From contig CM059429.1 of assembly GCA_030390025.1 (NCBI GenBank), forward strand, positions 15,686,001 to 15,750,000: a stretch of 64,000 nucleotides of DNA, given 5' to 3'. The stretch is from Squalus acanthias. Its lineage: Eukaryota. Positions within the stretch are counted from its first letter, which is position 1. The number at the start of each line of letters is the position of its first letter. Below, piece by piece: positions 12,911 to 25,900 of this stretch. The position numbers and the translations under genes are program-made. A model generated the notes under the pieces. It made no database searches, had not been told where the DNA came from, and saw only the letters and a list, made by a program, of their open reading frames with translations.

Positions 12911-14940
12911 GCAAATGGAAGACAAAGTTCAATTCTCTAGGTTATCTAGCAGTGGACATCATGGCTGTCTTTTCAGTTAACACTAGAATTCCACTTCAAA
13001 TTGTAACCTGCTGATTTTGAGCACAAGATATGTACTGTAAGATTTCAGGAAAGCTTATGGAAACTTCCCATGCCAGGTTAAGGAAGTGTAGGTTATTAGA
13101 CTATCTGGCCCATTAAGATTCTAAAAGGAATGAGTTCATGTTGCGATTTCTGAAATATGGAAAGTGATCTTTTGACACTCTTTGTTTTTTGATTGTAGAA
13201 TAAACATTTTGTTAGCAACTGCTTTGATCAGCAAGTGGAGGGTTTCACTTCAGGGCAACCTGGAGCATTGAAGTCTTTAATTCCTGGGAAAGGAAACTGC
13301 AGATCTACATTTTTGCAGTTTTAGTCCCAGCCCATTCTCAATGGGAACAGTTCCTGTTTACTATTGGAGTAAGAAATTGTCATCTTTGAAGTCCAACAAA
13401 ACTCTTCTGTCACTGTTTTTCTTCTATAAAATAGTATTTTGACAAAAGTAGTTCAACTCTTTCCACTTGAAGCATTGTCTTAAGCTGTCAAAATGCTGGG
13501 GAGCTTCAAGTTGGCCTGAAGGCACAAGTTTTCATGTTTCACTGCTTTTGGTGGGACTTTAGTTGAATAACAACTTGCATTTATATAGTGTTTTTAATGT
13601 AGTAAAATGTCCTAAGGTGCTTCACTGGTGTAAATCAGACACAATTTGACACAGCCACATGGGATATTAGGACAGGTGAGAGGAAGGTTTTAAGGAGGCA
13701 GAGGTGTTTAGGGAGGGAATTTGAGCTTGGGGCCTATAAATAAATGAAGAATGTTAATGGCCTCAAACATTACCATCCTCAGCTAGTTTACACTTTTTAA
13801 AATTTTTCTTTGTCATGACTTAGAGCTGCTATGTTGCTCTTGGTTTTGCTGCTGCTTTTGGCCAAAAAATGGTTAAGTTTTGTATACAACATGGTGGAAG
13901 ATTAATTTATTTTGGGGAAAATCCAAGTATTTCCCCTCCTCCATCTCTTCCTCTGCCCCTCTTTCTCTCCACCTCTCCCTTGAACCAGTGGAATGATACT
14001 AATATTCCATTGGTATGCAGAGATTGAACAAGCCAAAGGAATAATATCTACTACATGTGTTTAATTATTTCCTCAACGTCTGAGCTTCAATATAAAGGCA
14101 AGTTCTTCTGGTGAAGCTTGTCATCTTGGTCACTGGCTTAAAATTGAGTAGTTTTAATGGGCAATCCTGCAACTCTTGTTTCAGGTTTATTTCCTGCTTC
14201 CCTCTTCCTCCAAACTAGGTTGAGGTCATCCAGATAGGAACTTGCTACTTTGGCTGGCAAATTGCCTTTGCATGGCTCTGGTTTTGCTGGGCTGGCTGAG
14301 AACTTCTAAAACTGCCTTTCTGGGACGATGCAATTTAAATAATTTATGCAAGGGTTCAAATTCATGAGCCTGATCACTGTTACCATGAGTTACATGGCAG
14401 CCACTTGAGATGCATTTTCTTTAAAGTCAATTTTTAAGATGGGTTACTTTAATACTTGATTTTTTGTAAATTGTATTAGTTTAGTAAAGGAAAAGTGAAA
14501 TGTTTAAGACAAGTGATTTTTCTGACCTTGTGCATTCTGATCAACTGAAGTGCATAGTGTGAACTGCTTGAAACTAGCTGTTAAATTAGGTGCAGGGCCA
14601 TATTTGTACATTAATGTGATCATTTTCCATCTTTGCATGATTTGGGTAGTATTAAATGTAATTGTGCTGAATGCTTTGTAATTATGTTGCATATTAGAAT
14701 TTAGGGGGGGGGGTGCATAGAATGAAACTTTCAAACAAGCAGTACAAATTGTACTGAAGTATGTTACTGTCTAGTCAGTTATGATTTTCTGTTTAAATTA
14801 AAACTTGTCAGAGTAAACTCTTCTGCAGGAAAAGGTTTTTGAAAGACATTGTTCATCACTGAGCTTTGTGGCTGCACTTTTGTTAATGTTGTCCATAATG
14901 TGCAAACCTTTAAAATGTTTTCTCTTTTTTTTTCTTTCAG

Positions 14941-15038
14941 TCTTGGTCTTTGTAATGGGAAAAGAAGGGGTCCACGGAGGAAAGTTGAATTTCAAGGCAT
15001 TCTCAATGGCACAATACTTGAAAGCGGCTGGGTTCTAG
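14941..15038 (+). CDS. PFN2: Profilin-2 terminal coding exon, isoform a type
   Basis: Polypyrimidine tract and acceptor ttctttcag, phase 1, then (V)[31 protein letters not shown]. Matches the human PFN2a C-terminus [32 protein letters not shown]; 98 bp. Confidence 0.95.
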
Positions 15039-15240
15039 TCAAGCCAGGATTGCTATTCAGTAGTTTAAAAAAAAAAAAATTGCTATTAAAGTTTCCTTTT
15101 AGCAGTCACCTACTCTTTCACATTGAAGTTACGGAAAGTTTAATAGCAATGGAGTGTTATGGGGGTATGAACCCATGTCTCCTTTGTTTCCCTGTAATGG
15201 TGGGGAAAGTTTAAATTTTCATTTTCCTTGTGTACTCCAG

Positions 15241-15338
15241 CATTGGTTGTAGTCATGGGAAAGGGAAGTGTCCATGGAGGGGTACTCAACAAGAAAGCAT
15301 TTACCATGGCTACATACCTGAGGAATTCTGGATACTAA
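15241..15338 (+). CDS. PFN2: Profilin-2 alternative terminal coding exon, isoform b type
   Basis: Acceptor ttttccttgtgtactccag, same phase, then (A)LVVVMGKGSVHGGVLNKKAFTMATYLRNSGY*. Matches human PFN2b [32 protein letters not shown]; 98 bp. Confidence 0.92.
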
Positions 15339-17095
15339 GCAGCCTCTCCCCGTCCACCTAGCAACTCATTCACCCTCACCACCCAGTTGCATTGGCAGTG
15401 CTACCAGACTGTAGTTGGTGTTTTTTTTTTAATTTATCCATTTCTGCTATCATTGTTTTCCTTAGCCCCTTTACCACTTAATTGTAATAACATTGTAGGT
15501 GTAATGGAAAGTAAATCCCATGTTTTGGCACCATTAGCACAATAACTAAATGGTGATATGCATGTTATTACTTTTGATATTGTTGCAAAAAATTGGGCTG
15601 ACTTGCTAAGCCTGGGCATTGCTTTGTTTTAGCATTTAGAAAGTTTATTGGCATCCAAAGTCACCAAACCAGGTTCTGATTATTCTTTCTCTCCCTTCCA
15701 CTTCCCCATTGAAGTACTTATTAAAAATTAAAAGGTGCTGGTAGTACAATCTAAAATTTAAGTGTTGCTGAGTCAGCACTTTGAGCAGTTGCATAGCTCA
15801 TTAGGTCTTCCTTTTTGTTTGAGCATGTTGGGAGGGAAAGTGCATGCAAATTCTGCTTGCCATAATATTCCTGACTTAGTTTACTTTCCTTGTAACTTCA
15901 TTGCCCGTTCTCATTGCTAAAGCACCTGGATTTTCCTTTAGTTTCAATACCTGTTTACATCTCCTGTATTGACAACCTTGCAGCAGTTTTGTGGGTGCAC
16001 TTTAATATGAACTTTTTAACACTAGTATTAAACCTTGTGCATCCTGACTTCATTGGGTGTAATTGCAGAACTGCTTTTGGGATGTGTAAAGACTTTTTTT
16101 TTCTCCCATGGCCATGTCACAATCCTGACTTTGATCAGTTTAATCTCCAGGGACATTCCATCTTTGCAATAGCTCAGGCACTTAAATGTTGTTTTGCCAG
16201 CTCCTTTAATCTAAGTTAACTTTTTAATAAAAGTTGCCATTTTGGACAATAGATATCCCAACATAACCATCTGGAGTGTGTCCAGTTTTGAGTGCTTCAT
16301 AGGACCAATTAAGTTGCAGCTTGGGGGTTTCCAAGAGGGCAGACTGCTGTAAAATGCCACGGTAAAGGATTACTGCCACCCCTCAATACTGTATTGGCAA
16401 TTTAGGTGAAGATATAAAAATTTGTCCATGAGAATGTTAATAATTGAAGGTCAAGTGCTTTTGTTAGTATCTGATGTGGGCTGGCAGTCTCCTAATATAG
16501 AAATCAAAAACTGTTCAAAATCTTTTTAAATCAAGGGAATTGATGCATTAGACCTGGTAAGCCCATGCTGCAGAAGGAAACTGTGGAAGAATTACCTTGT
16601 GCTCCTAGTTGTTTGGAAATCTGTGGAAATGTCTGTTTTGAGCACGGTACTAACTTGTGTTCAGTTCAAACAAAATTACAAAAGTTTTGTATTCACAAAT
16701 GAATAAAATGGGAGATGGTATTGGTTGGAATAATCACACTTGGCTGTCTTGTGAAATTATTTTGCAAATGTTTGTGTATCCTGTGCCATACTGCATAGAG
16801 ATTTGATCTGTTGCTGTTGTAAGATGGATTTTAACTGCCGCTGCAAGGCTTTCAGTTGAACGGCACTTCCTTAGGGGCGTTATTCTAGCATATACTCAAT
16901 GTTCAGGCCTTGTGAAATATGTACAGATTTAAAAATTCTTGTTGCTGACTTGTCCATTTTCTTTCCCTGCACTTTTGTTACATCTGGGATACAGTCTAAC
17001 TCATCTGATTTAATATGCATTTACGAAATGCCATAACTGTTCAACCACCTTGTTTACAGACAGATGAAATAAATTTATTCCAACCAGATGTTGGC
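15339..17095 (+). promoter_or_regulatory. PFN2: PFN2 3'UTR with candidate polyA signals
   Basis: Repeat-free region. AATAAA at 16226, 16702 and 17068; the last is followed by a GU-rich tract. End point inferred. Confidence 0.6.
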
Positions 17096-17559
17096 TGTTT
17101 TGTTTTTGTATGGTTGGGGAAGGTATCATATTTTCCTCTAATATTTAGTGCTCATTTTCTTGTGTTCATCAGATGTGAAAATACATAACTGGTCATGTCT
17201 AACAAGCTTGGAACATAACCACTATTGCTATAACTGAAATTCTTTTTTTAAAGACAAATGTCTGAAGAATTTATATTTCTACACTGCATTGTTTCCACAC
17301 TTGAAAAGCAACTTTGCTTTCAGATGTTAATCTTAACTTCAGAAATTCCAAACAAATCCTTTTGTAGATCTTCTCTGAATCCTCGCCTGTGCATCACTTC
17401 ATTTTTAAAGGGCAATTTTAGGCACCTTGTTCAAATGACCCTACTTGATTTTGGCCTGATGATTGATTTGGCTAGCAAGATCAATTTTTTATTTTTCTAA
17501 TGGCTGCCAACCCTCTTTGATTTGCAGAATGCATGTAGCCTTGCATTAATATCTGCTAG

Positions 17560-17915
17560 TTCCCTTGAGTATAGGAGGGGTGATCTGATCGAAGTGTTTA
17601 AAATGTTAAGAATTTGATGGGGTAGATAAGGAGAAACTCTTTCCTCTGGTGGGGGAAAATCCAAGAACAAGGGGACATAACCTTAAAATTAGAGCTAGGT
17701 CATTCAAGAGTGAAATCAGGAAGCACTTTCCACACAGGGTAGTAGAAATTTGGAACTCTCCCACAAGTCTGTGAATGCCAGGACAATTGGATCTTCCAAA
17801 ACTGAATTTTTATTAGGTAAGGGTATTGAGGGATATGGAGTTGAGGTGCAGATCAGCCATGATCTAATTCAATGGTGGAGCAGGCTCCAGGGGCTGAATG
17901 GTCCACTCTTGTTCC
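17560..17915 (+). mobile_element. CR1 LINE 3' fragment
   Basis: ggggtgatctgatcgaagtgtttaaaatg...ggggacataaccttaaaattagagctagg followed by a CR1 3'UTR. Confidence 0.75.
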
Positions 17916-20149
17916 TAGATCTTAATGCAGTCACTTGCATGGTCTATATCTTTATTGAATGCTATGTGCTTGGTGCCTGGCCATTTTGGTTTTGCCCTAA
18001 CTTAGATCATTCAACAGTACAGGGATCCAAAAACTAAGCTGTAGAATTCTATTGGCTCCATTTTTTTTCCACCACCTGCCTGCTTTTTATTTGTCAAGAC
18101 CATGTCCAGTCTGATGTAATTTGCCACTTATTCCATGAACTTTCACAGCACTTAAGTCCCTGCATATGCCTTCTGAAAATCCCCCCCCCCCCAAAAAAAC
18201 TTTTTAATTAAATTACACCAATTTCATAACCTGTTACTTATTTGTTTGAAAGCTATGCTAGCTGCTGTTTTGTATTTACATTGAAGTCCTGTAGTATGGG
18301 TGAGTATTCTCTACATAATGGAGGTGCTTGATACTCCTTTGAAAGTCTAGATAATTTCTGTCCTTTTTGGAGTCGCCCCTATTTCCTAAAGAGTAGGAAA
18401 TAAACTTAGTAATGCTTAGATGCTGTAGATGGGAGGAGCTAATCTCCCAAAGTCAATGGTAAATCTGAATCCAAACAACTTGCAGCATACATCCTCCATT
18501 GCTGTTGCCTCTCCTGCAGGAAACCTGTTGATTCAGTGAAAGGTCATTCAACTCATTTCCCAACTACTGCATTGCCAAATCTGTAAGACAACAACCTGGA
18601 GTAATTCTCACCATCAGTGCTTGTACTCTACAACCATGGATGATGCAGTTCCAATATTGATTGGGGGGGTCTCTGCACTCCTGCAATGACTAAGTCTGTA
18701 GTGGTATGTGGAATATCCAAGGATGAATGGCTACCTCTCTGGCAGAGTCCTCATTCTTTAAATGAGAAGCATCCTGTGCAGCCCCCAGCCATTTCCTTAA
18801 GCTCTTGCAAAGGTTGTATGGGCAAAAAGAAATGGAATTGAAAACATTTTTGGGTTTTATTTGCTGCATAGGAGCTAGGGATCATGTGAGCATCATCTTC
18901 TAGCAAGGTCAGTCCACATTTTTCCCAAGCAATTCTTACTGTTGTCAGCCTACATCCTGTGATAGATCCAATGTATAGACAACCTTCCAAGGTAGGTATT
19001 GATTTCTTCTGCCCATGACCCTTCAATTCCAGATGCAGTCTAGTCATTTAACAGATTCCTTTAGTCTGAAATTGTCTAAATGTTGCTTGAAATGGTGTTG
19101 GGAGAAAAACTGTTGGGAGTGGAATGTGTTTTTACAGATCCTTTACAAAATGGTCCATAAAGTGTATGCACCCTTTGTAGATCATAAAAATAATTGAAAG
19201 GAAATGTCCAAACACTGATTTTTGTCTAGCTCTGCTTGGCAACTGGGCTAGATCAGTGACAGTCAGGATAGCAACCTGATTCAATACTAGACTCCTGGGA
19301 ATATCTATGGCTAGGTACTGTGGTGGGCCTGGTGTTGCGTTCTGGTAAAATCTTCAGCTGCAATGGACCCTACAGCTCAAAAGTTGAACATCTGTATAAT
19401 CTTGCTGGAGGAAATCACTTTGGGAGGGACCATGGCAAAAACTTTGCTCATTTCTGGTGTCCCATGAGCAAATGGACTAAACATGGGGGTGATTTTAACT
19501 TCACCAGCCAGGCAGGAAACTGACATGATCAGATGCCCAGCTGCAAGTTTTACACTCCATTGAAGTCAAATTTGGGAAGGTGTAAGACTTGGTAGCCTGA
19601 TCTGGTCCCTTCCTGCCCTGCTATGCTGGGTGGGTTGTAATTACCCTCATTTGATTCTTGAATGAACAATGGTACCATAACCCCCTTAAGCCATCTGTTT
19701 TTCATGTTAGCATATTGGCATTTAATCTCTTGTGCACAGGATGAGAATTTCAAAACTTTGCTAGTCAATTTAAACAATGACAACTTTTAAAATAGAGGCT
19801 AAATGTATAGTAGCCTGAACTTTTTGCATTGTTTTAATCTTTCCAATGTTTCCATACACTGGCCACTAAAGGAACTCTTGTGTACTTTCCTTCAGGGTGA
19901 CTGTCCATTTCAGTAGAGCTAACACCAAACCATTTTCTATAACAAAGCAACAAATTTATATAAATCCCAGCATACTAATGGTAAAACTGAAAACAGGCAA
20001 CCCCTTAAAAAAAAAATAAAGTGCTGATTAATGTCACTGGATGCAGACTTGCTGGGGTAGAGTTCACCAGCCCAGCACCATCAACCCTCCAATAGCAGTG
20101 TGTTAAGTGGGAGACCTAGGCATTATAAAGCATAAGTTCACACTTGGTA

Positions 20150-21545
20150 TTGCAAGGCTAGTAAACTGTATACAGTATTGGGATGCATTGCTAGGACAAT
20201 TCAATACTTAAAAAAAGTACCATGATGTCCTTGTACAGGCCTTGGTTAGGCCTTTAGAATACTATTCAGTTTTAGTCGCCCAACATGTGTTTTTAAACCC
20301 TGGACAAGGTTCAGAGGAGGGTCACTAGTGATGCATAATTTAAGAGCCCTTGGTTACCCGATAGGTTTAGTCTAGGGGGCATGATTAAGAAGTTTGCAGA
20401 TTATGCAAAAGTTGGCTGTGGTTTAACACTGCAGGAAGATATCAATGGACTAGTCAGGTGGGCAGAAAAGTGGCAAATGGAATTCAATTCAGAGAAATTA
20501 GGTAATGCATTTGAGGAGGGCTAACAAGGCAAGGGAATACACAATAAATGGTAGGATACTGAAGTGTAGAGTAAGAGGGACCTTGAAGTACAGATCCCTG
20601 AAAGTAGGACAGGTGGATATAAGGTGGTTAAAAAGGCATATGGGATACTTTCCTTTATTAGCTGAGGCATAGAATACAAGAGCAGGGAGGCTATGCTTGA
20701 ACTGTATGAAACACTAGCTAAGGCCACAGCTAGAGTAGTGTACAGTTCTGGTCACATTACAGGAAAGATGTGCTTGTACAAGAGGGGAGATTTGAGGATG
20801 TTGCTAGGACTGGAGAATTTTAGCTGAGGAAAGATTGGAGAGGCTGAGGGGAGATTTGATTGAGGTGTATAAAATTGAGGGGCCTAGCTAGAGTGGATAG
20901 GAAGGACCTATTTCCCCTGGCAGAGAGGTCAATAACAGGCATAGATTTAAACTACAGGAAACTCTATTAACCGGCACCGACGGGGTGCCGGTTAATCAAA
21001 AGTCTGGATAACGGAGAGTTATATCTCCCAACGTACAAGAGCCCCGTACACACTGACATGCGCCTGCATTCGGCGCTCCGTCTCCCCGGGGACCGCCAGC
21101 TGACCATCTGTCGTGTCCGCTGCCTACCCGGGCTGCACATTCCCCTCCCAATCTACACGCTCCAATACAAGGTAAACGCCTCGGGGTTTTTTTCAAAGTT
21201 ATTTTTAAAGGAGAGATGAAGGAAAACCCCGGTTACCTACTCAAGAATTTTGCCGGTAGAGAGATTTCTGGTTATTTGGGTGCCGGTTAAAAGAGTTTCC
21301 TGTAATTGGTAGAAGAATTAGAGGAGTTGAGATCTTTTTTTCACTCAAAGGGTGGTGTGTGTCAGTCTGGAATGCATTGACTGAAAGGGTGGTAGAGGCA
21401 GAAACACATTTAAAAAATACCTGGATATGCACTTGGTCACAGGCTTGTAGGTTACAGCACTAAGCCTGAAAGTGAGATTAGGCTGGATAGCTCTTTGTTT
21501 GGCCTGCAGACATGATGGGTTGAATGGCCTCCTGTGCCATCAATT
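20150..21545 (+). mobile_element. CR1 LINE fragments interrupted by a MITE
   Basis: Degenerate KFADY...WAEKWQMEFN...YGILSFI; homologous to 55400-56340. Confidence 0.75.
20955..21302. mobile_element. Tc1/mariner-superfamily (Tigger/pogo-like) MITE, copy 1
   Basis: TIR CAGGAAACTCT.TTAACCGGCAC at both ends; TA TSD at 20953-54 and 21303-04; close copy at 59601-59965. Confidence 0.85.
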
Positions 21546-22560
21546 TTTAGGAAGTGGAGTTTCTTACTCTAGAAAAGTATGCTGAGAATTTAATTGGAAT
21601 ATTTAAAATAAAGGGACTAGATAGGGGCTGAGTGGATAGACTATTTCAATTAGATAAGTTGGGGAGAACCAGGGGACATACAGACAAGTTATGAAAGCAT
21701 AGAACTAGGTTAGAAGTCAGGAAGGTTCTTCTGCACAGGATGATCAACCTCTAATAGTTGCCAGTTTGTGCAGAGTGGATTCACTGCAAACGTTCAAGAG
21801 AGCTGGATGAAGTCCTGGCTGAGGCCGATTATCAGTGCAAGCAAAAGGTAGGTGAGATATTGGGTGATATGTCTCATGGTCACTGGTGTTCTGATTGCCT
21901 TCAAGAATCAGCAATTTCCCAGAATATTTTTTCTGTGAATTGGCCAATAACACTTTGCCTTTCCCAGATAACATGGCTGCTGATGAGTGGAGTGGGTCAA
22001 AAAGCTTAATTGAGCCTGTGCCATACAATCCTGCAATGACCAACTGCTTTTCCTGTTATTTTTGTATGTTCATAGCCATGTGGCCATTCTTTACATGAGC
22101 CTAGATGATGCACATTGGCAGGCTCTTTGACCCTGTTGTCAACCCACAGATGCACTTTCCCTGCAGGAGTCACTGCATAGTAACAAGCCCCCTGGCTGAT
22201 TTCATTACTCCTTGGCCCAGGGTCCCAGACCACAGTTGTATCCTACATAGCACGGCCTGAGATGAGACCAGCTAACTCCGCACAAACCAGGGATAAAAGC
22301 TCAAATGTTCTATTATATAGGCCCTAATGCTAATTTGGTAGTGTCTTTAACCTACCAGGGGTCCAGGGATTTCTTAATCAAAAGTTTATCAGCCTGCTCA
22401 AATTGGTCATCTCATGGTAAGACTCAATTCATGTGGCTACATTACAGGGGAAAAAAAAAAAAATCTAGCCTTATGGCAATAACTTCAGTTGTTGAACTCA
22501 AATACAGCAAGCATTTCAAAGGCAACACATGCCATTGATTCATTCACTACTGCATTAGAA

Positions 22561-22802
22561 ACAAAAATGAGAAGTCGCACAACACCAGGTTATAGTCCAA
22601 CAGATTTATTTAATTTTACAAGCTTTCGGAGCTGTCGCTCCTTCCTCAGGTAAGTTAACCTAAGCTAACTTACCTGAGGAAGGAGCGACAGCTCCGAAAG
22701 CTTGTAAAATTAAATAAATCTGTTGGACTATAACCTGGTGTTGTGCGACTTCTCATTTTTGTCCACCCCAGTCCAACGCCGGCATCTCCACATCATGACC
22801 TC
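22561..22802. mobile_element. Penelope-like inverted pLTR pair (second family), perfect palindrome
   Basis: Arms 22561-22657 and 22666-22762 are exact reverse complements around an 8-nt loop, followed by a ~40-bp extension. Near-TSD CATTAGAAACAA (22553-64) / CATTAAAAACAA (22803-14). Confidence 0.8.
22670..22707 (+). ncRNA. Minimal hammerhead ribozyme motif, mirrored on - strand at 22616-22653
   Basis: TTAC CTGAGGA A GGAGC GACA GCTCC GAA AGCT T GTAA. Confidence 0.7.
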
Positions 22803-22949
22803 CATTAAAAACAAGACAGTCCTTTGGAAACCATTGTCTTATAATACTCCTGTGATGCACCTTAGGACATTTTACTACGTTAAAGGCGCTAAATAAATAC
22901 AAGTTGTTAAAATGATCACAACTTAACCCAACTTTCCACTTTACATAAG

Positions 22950-25900
22950 TTTATTTGAAAAGAACTGGTATTGAAGAACTGAATACATTTTTATTATGAG
23001 TGTTCTTTATTTACAACTCTTGTACAGTTACAGCAGATATAAAGAATGGAATTCAGAAATGAACTCTTATGCTTTGAAATGTCTACACAATCCATTTACT
23101 TACTTATGGGAATGTGTCACAAAAGTTAGAAAAAATCAAATTTATCTTTGGGAGTCAACTTAATGTAAATTTTTCCAAAAATGTAAATGGATGCTGGGTG
23201 GAGGATAGGACAAAGCAGCATAAAGAGGGATTCATGAATTTTTTTTGGACACATTCCCTTACTAGTCATGTTAGTGTAATTAAGTTTTAAAAAAATGCAG
23301 GTTAAAAATCAAGTACAAAATTAGTTAAATGGAATGACTTTACATACATTATCACAACAGTCTAAACTATACAACCTAGTAGCCTCTGTGCACCAATATT
23401 AAATTATAGTAACATTTCAAAATGCAGTGGCAAATACAACACTTTAACCTAAAGCTGATTAGTACAATACTCTTGTACTTGGGTAATATTTAATTATAGT
23501 AAATGAAAATAAAAATGTCACAAAGGATCAGAGCTGTGCCAGTCAGAGCTCCCATGGATGTTGGACACGTGAATTAAAGTTGGACTGCCCACAAATAAAA
23601 ATTTCCTGCACTCTACAAGTCATCTGCCTTTTGGGAGAGGGAGCAAGCCATGTCTCATAACAGCAATGCATTGTCTACCACCAGAACAGATTTTTTGAAC
23701 GTGTTAACATTCCTGTGGTATAAAGCATTGCAACAGCTCATGAAAGGGATGATCTTTATGCATGCCAGCTTTATTTTCTTTAAAAAGGGTTCACCAGTCT
23801 GCAGCCGTGGATCACAATGAAGTCATCCCATGTTTATCAATACTGGATAAAAAGGTTACCCAACAATTTAAGTAGGACAAGTTTGGAAACAAAGGGGCAT
23901 TTGTTGAATACTGTCATGTTATGCCAACAACTCCACAACAGGGTAGAATTCTAAAGGAACCATCTTAGAACAAGTAATATATAAACTCACCTGTATGAAA
24001 TCACAGCAGCTAACAGGCACTCTGTTCTGAACACATACCAAACACAAACTGGTACCTTTTATCCCAGGAAAGAGATTTTTCTGTATCTCAAGCTACAGTA
24101 ACAAAATGCCATTGAGGAAGGGAACTTAGAGCTACTATTGCATTTCTCCAGAGTCTGATTTATCAGTTTTAGTTTTGAGAGGCCCTCAGCAAAGATTTCT
24201 GAGAGTTACATTAAAGTTTGCATTGAGCTGCTGAGAGACTAGTTGACTGTCTCTAACTCCCAGCTCTCCCATTTGATTTATTGCACAGCCTACACAAACT
24301 TTGTCACCAATCATTTCCACTAAACTTGAATAAACCTCAACATGCTTCCACCTCACTTATTACCCTCATCTGCTGTTCCAAAATTCTGAAGGGACTATGT
24401 CCAGGAAACATTACAGCGGAATATAGATAATCTCATAACTGATCCCTATTTTTGGTGGGAGAGGGATAAGATATCAGATCTTTATAACTTTTTTAAGCAG
24501 AACAAGGCATGTACCCTTTCAGTTAAAATTCGCAAGATTCGAACACCAAACAAGCATATCTAACACCTGCCCTAAAAATAAAGAAAGACATTACTGCTGT
24601 TTTAGGAGGAGTTGGAAGGGGATTAGTGAAAGAAACAAAATCAAACTTTTTTTTTAAAGTTTAATGTGGGATTACTTACTGCACTTTGCATCAATAGCTC
24701 TCTGTACAGTAATTTTTTCTAAATATCTAGTAGGACCAAATGGATGGAAGACACCAAGAACATATTCAATCCGTCTCCATCTTAAGAGAAATGCCCAAAC
24801 ATGCCAAGCGTGCAACAGGAGTCGAACGTTAAGATGCATCATTCCAATTATAAGAATTTTTTTAATCTCAAAAGATTATGAGCCACATTAATTGTGTATT
24901 ATCCCATCTAGTCCTGACATTACAGCACTTGAATTGTCACATGAATTAGGTTTTCCCTACATAATTCCAATGGACAATTCATTATCACTGTAAAATAGCA
25001 CAGATCTTTTTCCTCTCCCTTGAAAATATCTATTTTTGAGTGATGAGGTGCAGGAGTTAGAAACAAATATCTTCGGTTATATGGAGTTTACAGTGACGTT
25101 TGATAACATTTTCCTCAGACATAGATAGCAGTTAGGGACCAGCTGAACAACTTCAAACAAATTATGGCAAATCATATCACATCCAGTCAGCACCGTCACC
25201 ACAATCGTAGGCATAGTTTGGAAACTAATTCCATTATAGCATTTTTATTAAGGATCACCTTCACTTTCAAGATTTTCTTTATACACCGAGATGGTGCATT
25301 GTGCAATACATACAACTGCAGAATGAACAGAATGACGTAGAATAAACTTTGTTCAAGTAGCTCAAATTAAAAATCTACTTGAGAATTATACACATAAAAT
25401 AATGTTTTGCACTACTTACTGGATCCTTCTTGATAAATGCAATCCAAAATATCCTATCACCTTAAAATAAAACTGGAAACAGTAATTACAAAGAGTTTAT
25501 ACATAGTGCACAGTAGAAAATTAGCCTTTTTGCTGTCAATCCTGCATTCCTACTTAATTCTGTGGGTCAATTTATTGTTGATTTATAGTAACTGAAACCA
25601 GGTACAGAATTTCCCTACTTAAAAATCAAATCCAAAATGAGTTGAGAATTTCAGCTTCAATGATAATCCTGATTTGGTCAAATACTCAAAGCAAGACATA
25701 CTTACATCTGAAACAATTAGTAGGATTCTTGGGTTCTGGTGCAGAATATACAGGAAATTGATAAAATAACATGATTTAAACATTTTACAAAGAAACAGAG
25801 TCATTCAGCCATCTTTGTATTCAAGTTTTTTTGTGTTAAAGTCATTCTCTTAGTATCTGTGTAACTTGTTGAACCCGAATACCACGGTTGGGTGATCAAA

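Noticed and set aside
1-14940. PFN2 exons 1-2
   Set aside because: Not found by manual scan; presumed upstream of the window.
14849-15214. 121-aa ORF overlapping the PFN2 exon
   Set aside because: Wrong frame; the profilin frame is entered by splicing at 14941.
15339-17095. Iron-responsive element, reported in the mammalian Pfn2 3'UTR
   Set aside because: I could not find a convincing C-bulge plus 5-bp stem plus loop by eye; SIREs or Infernal would be needed.
19485-19647. Small MITE-like inverted repeat
   Set aside because: TIRs too degenerate and TSD ambiguous.
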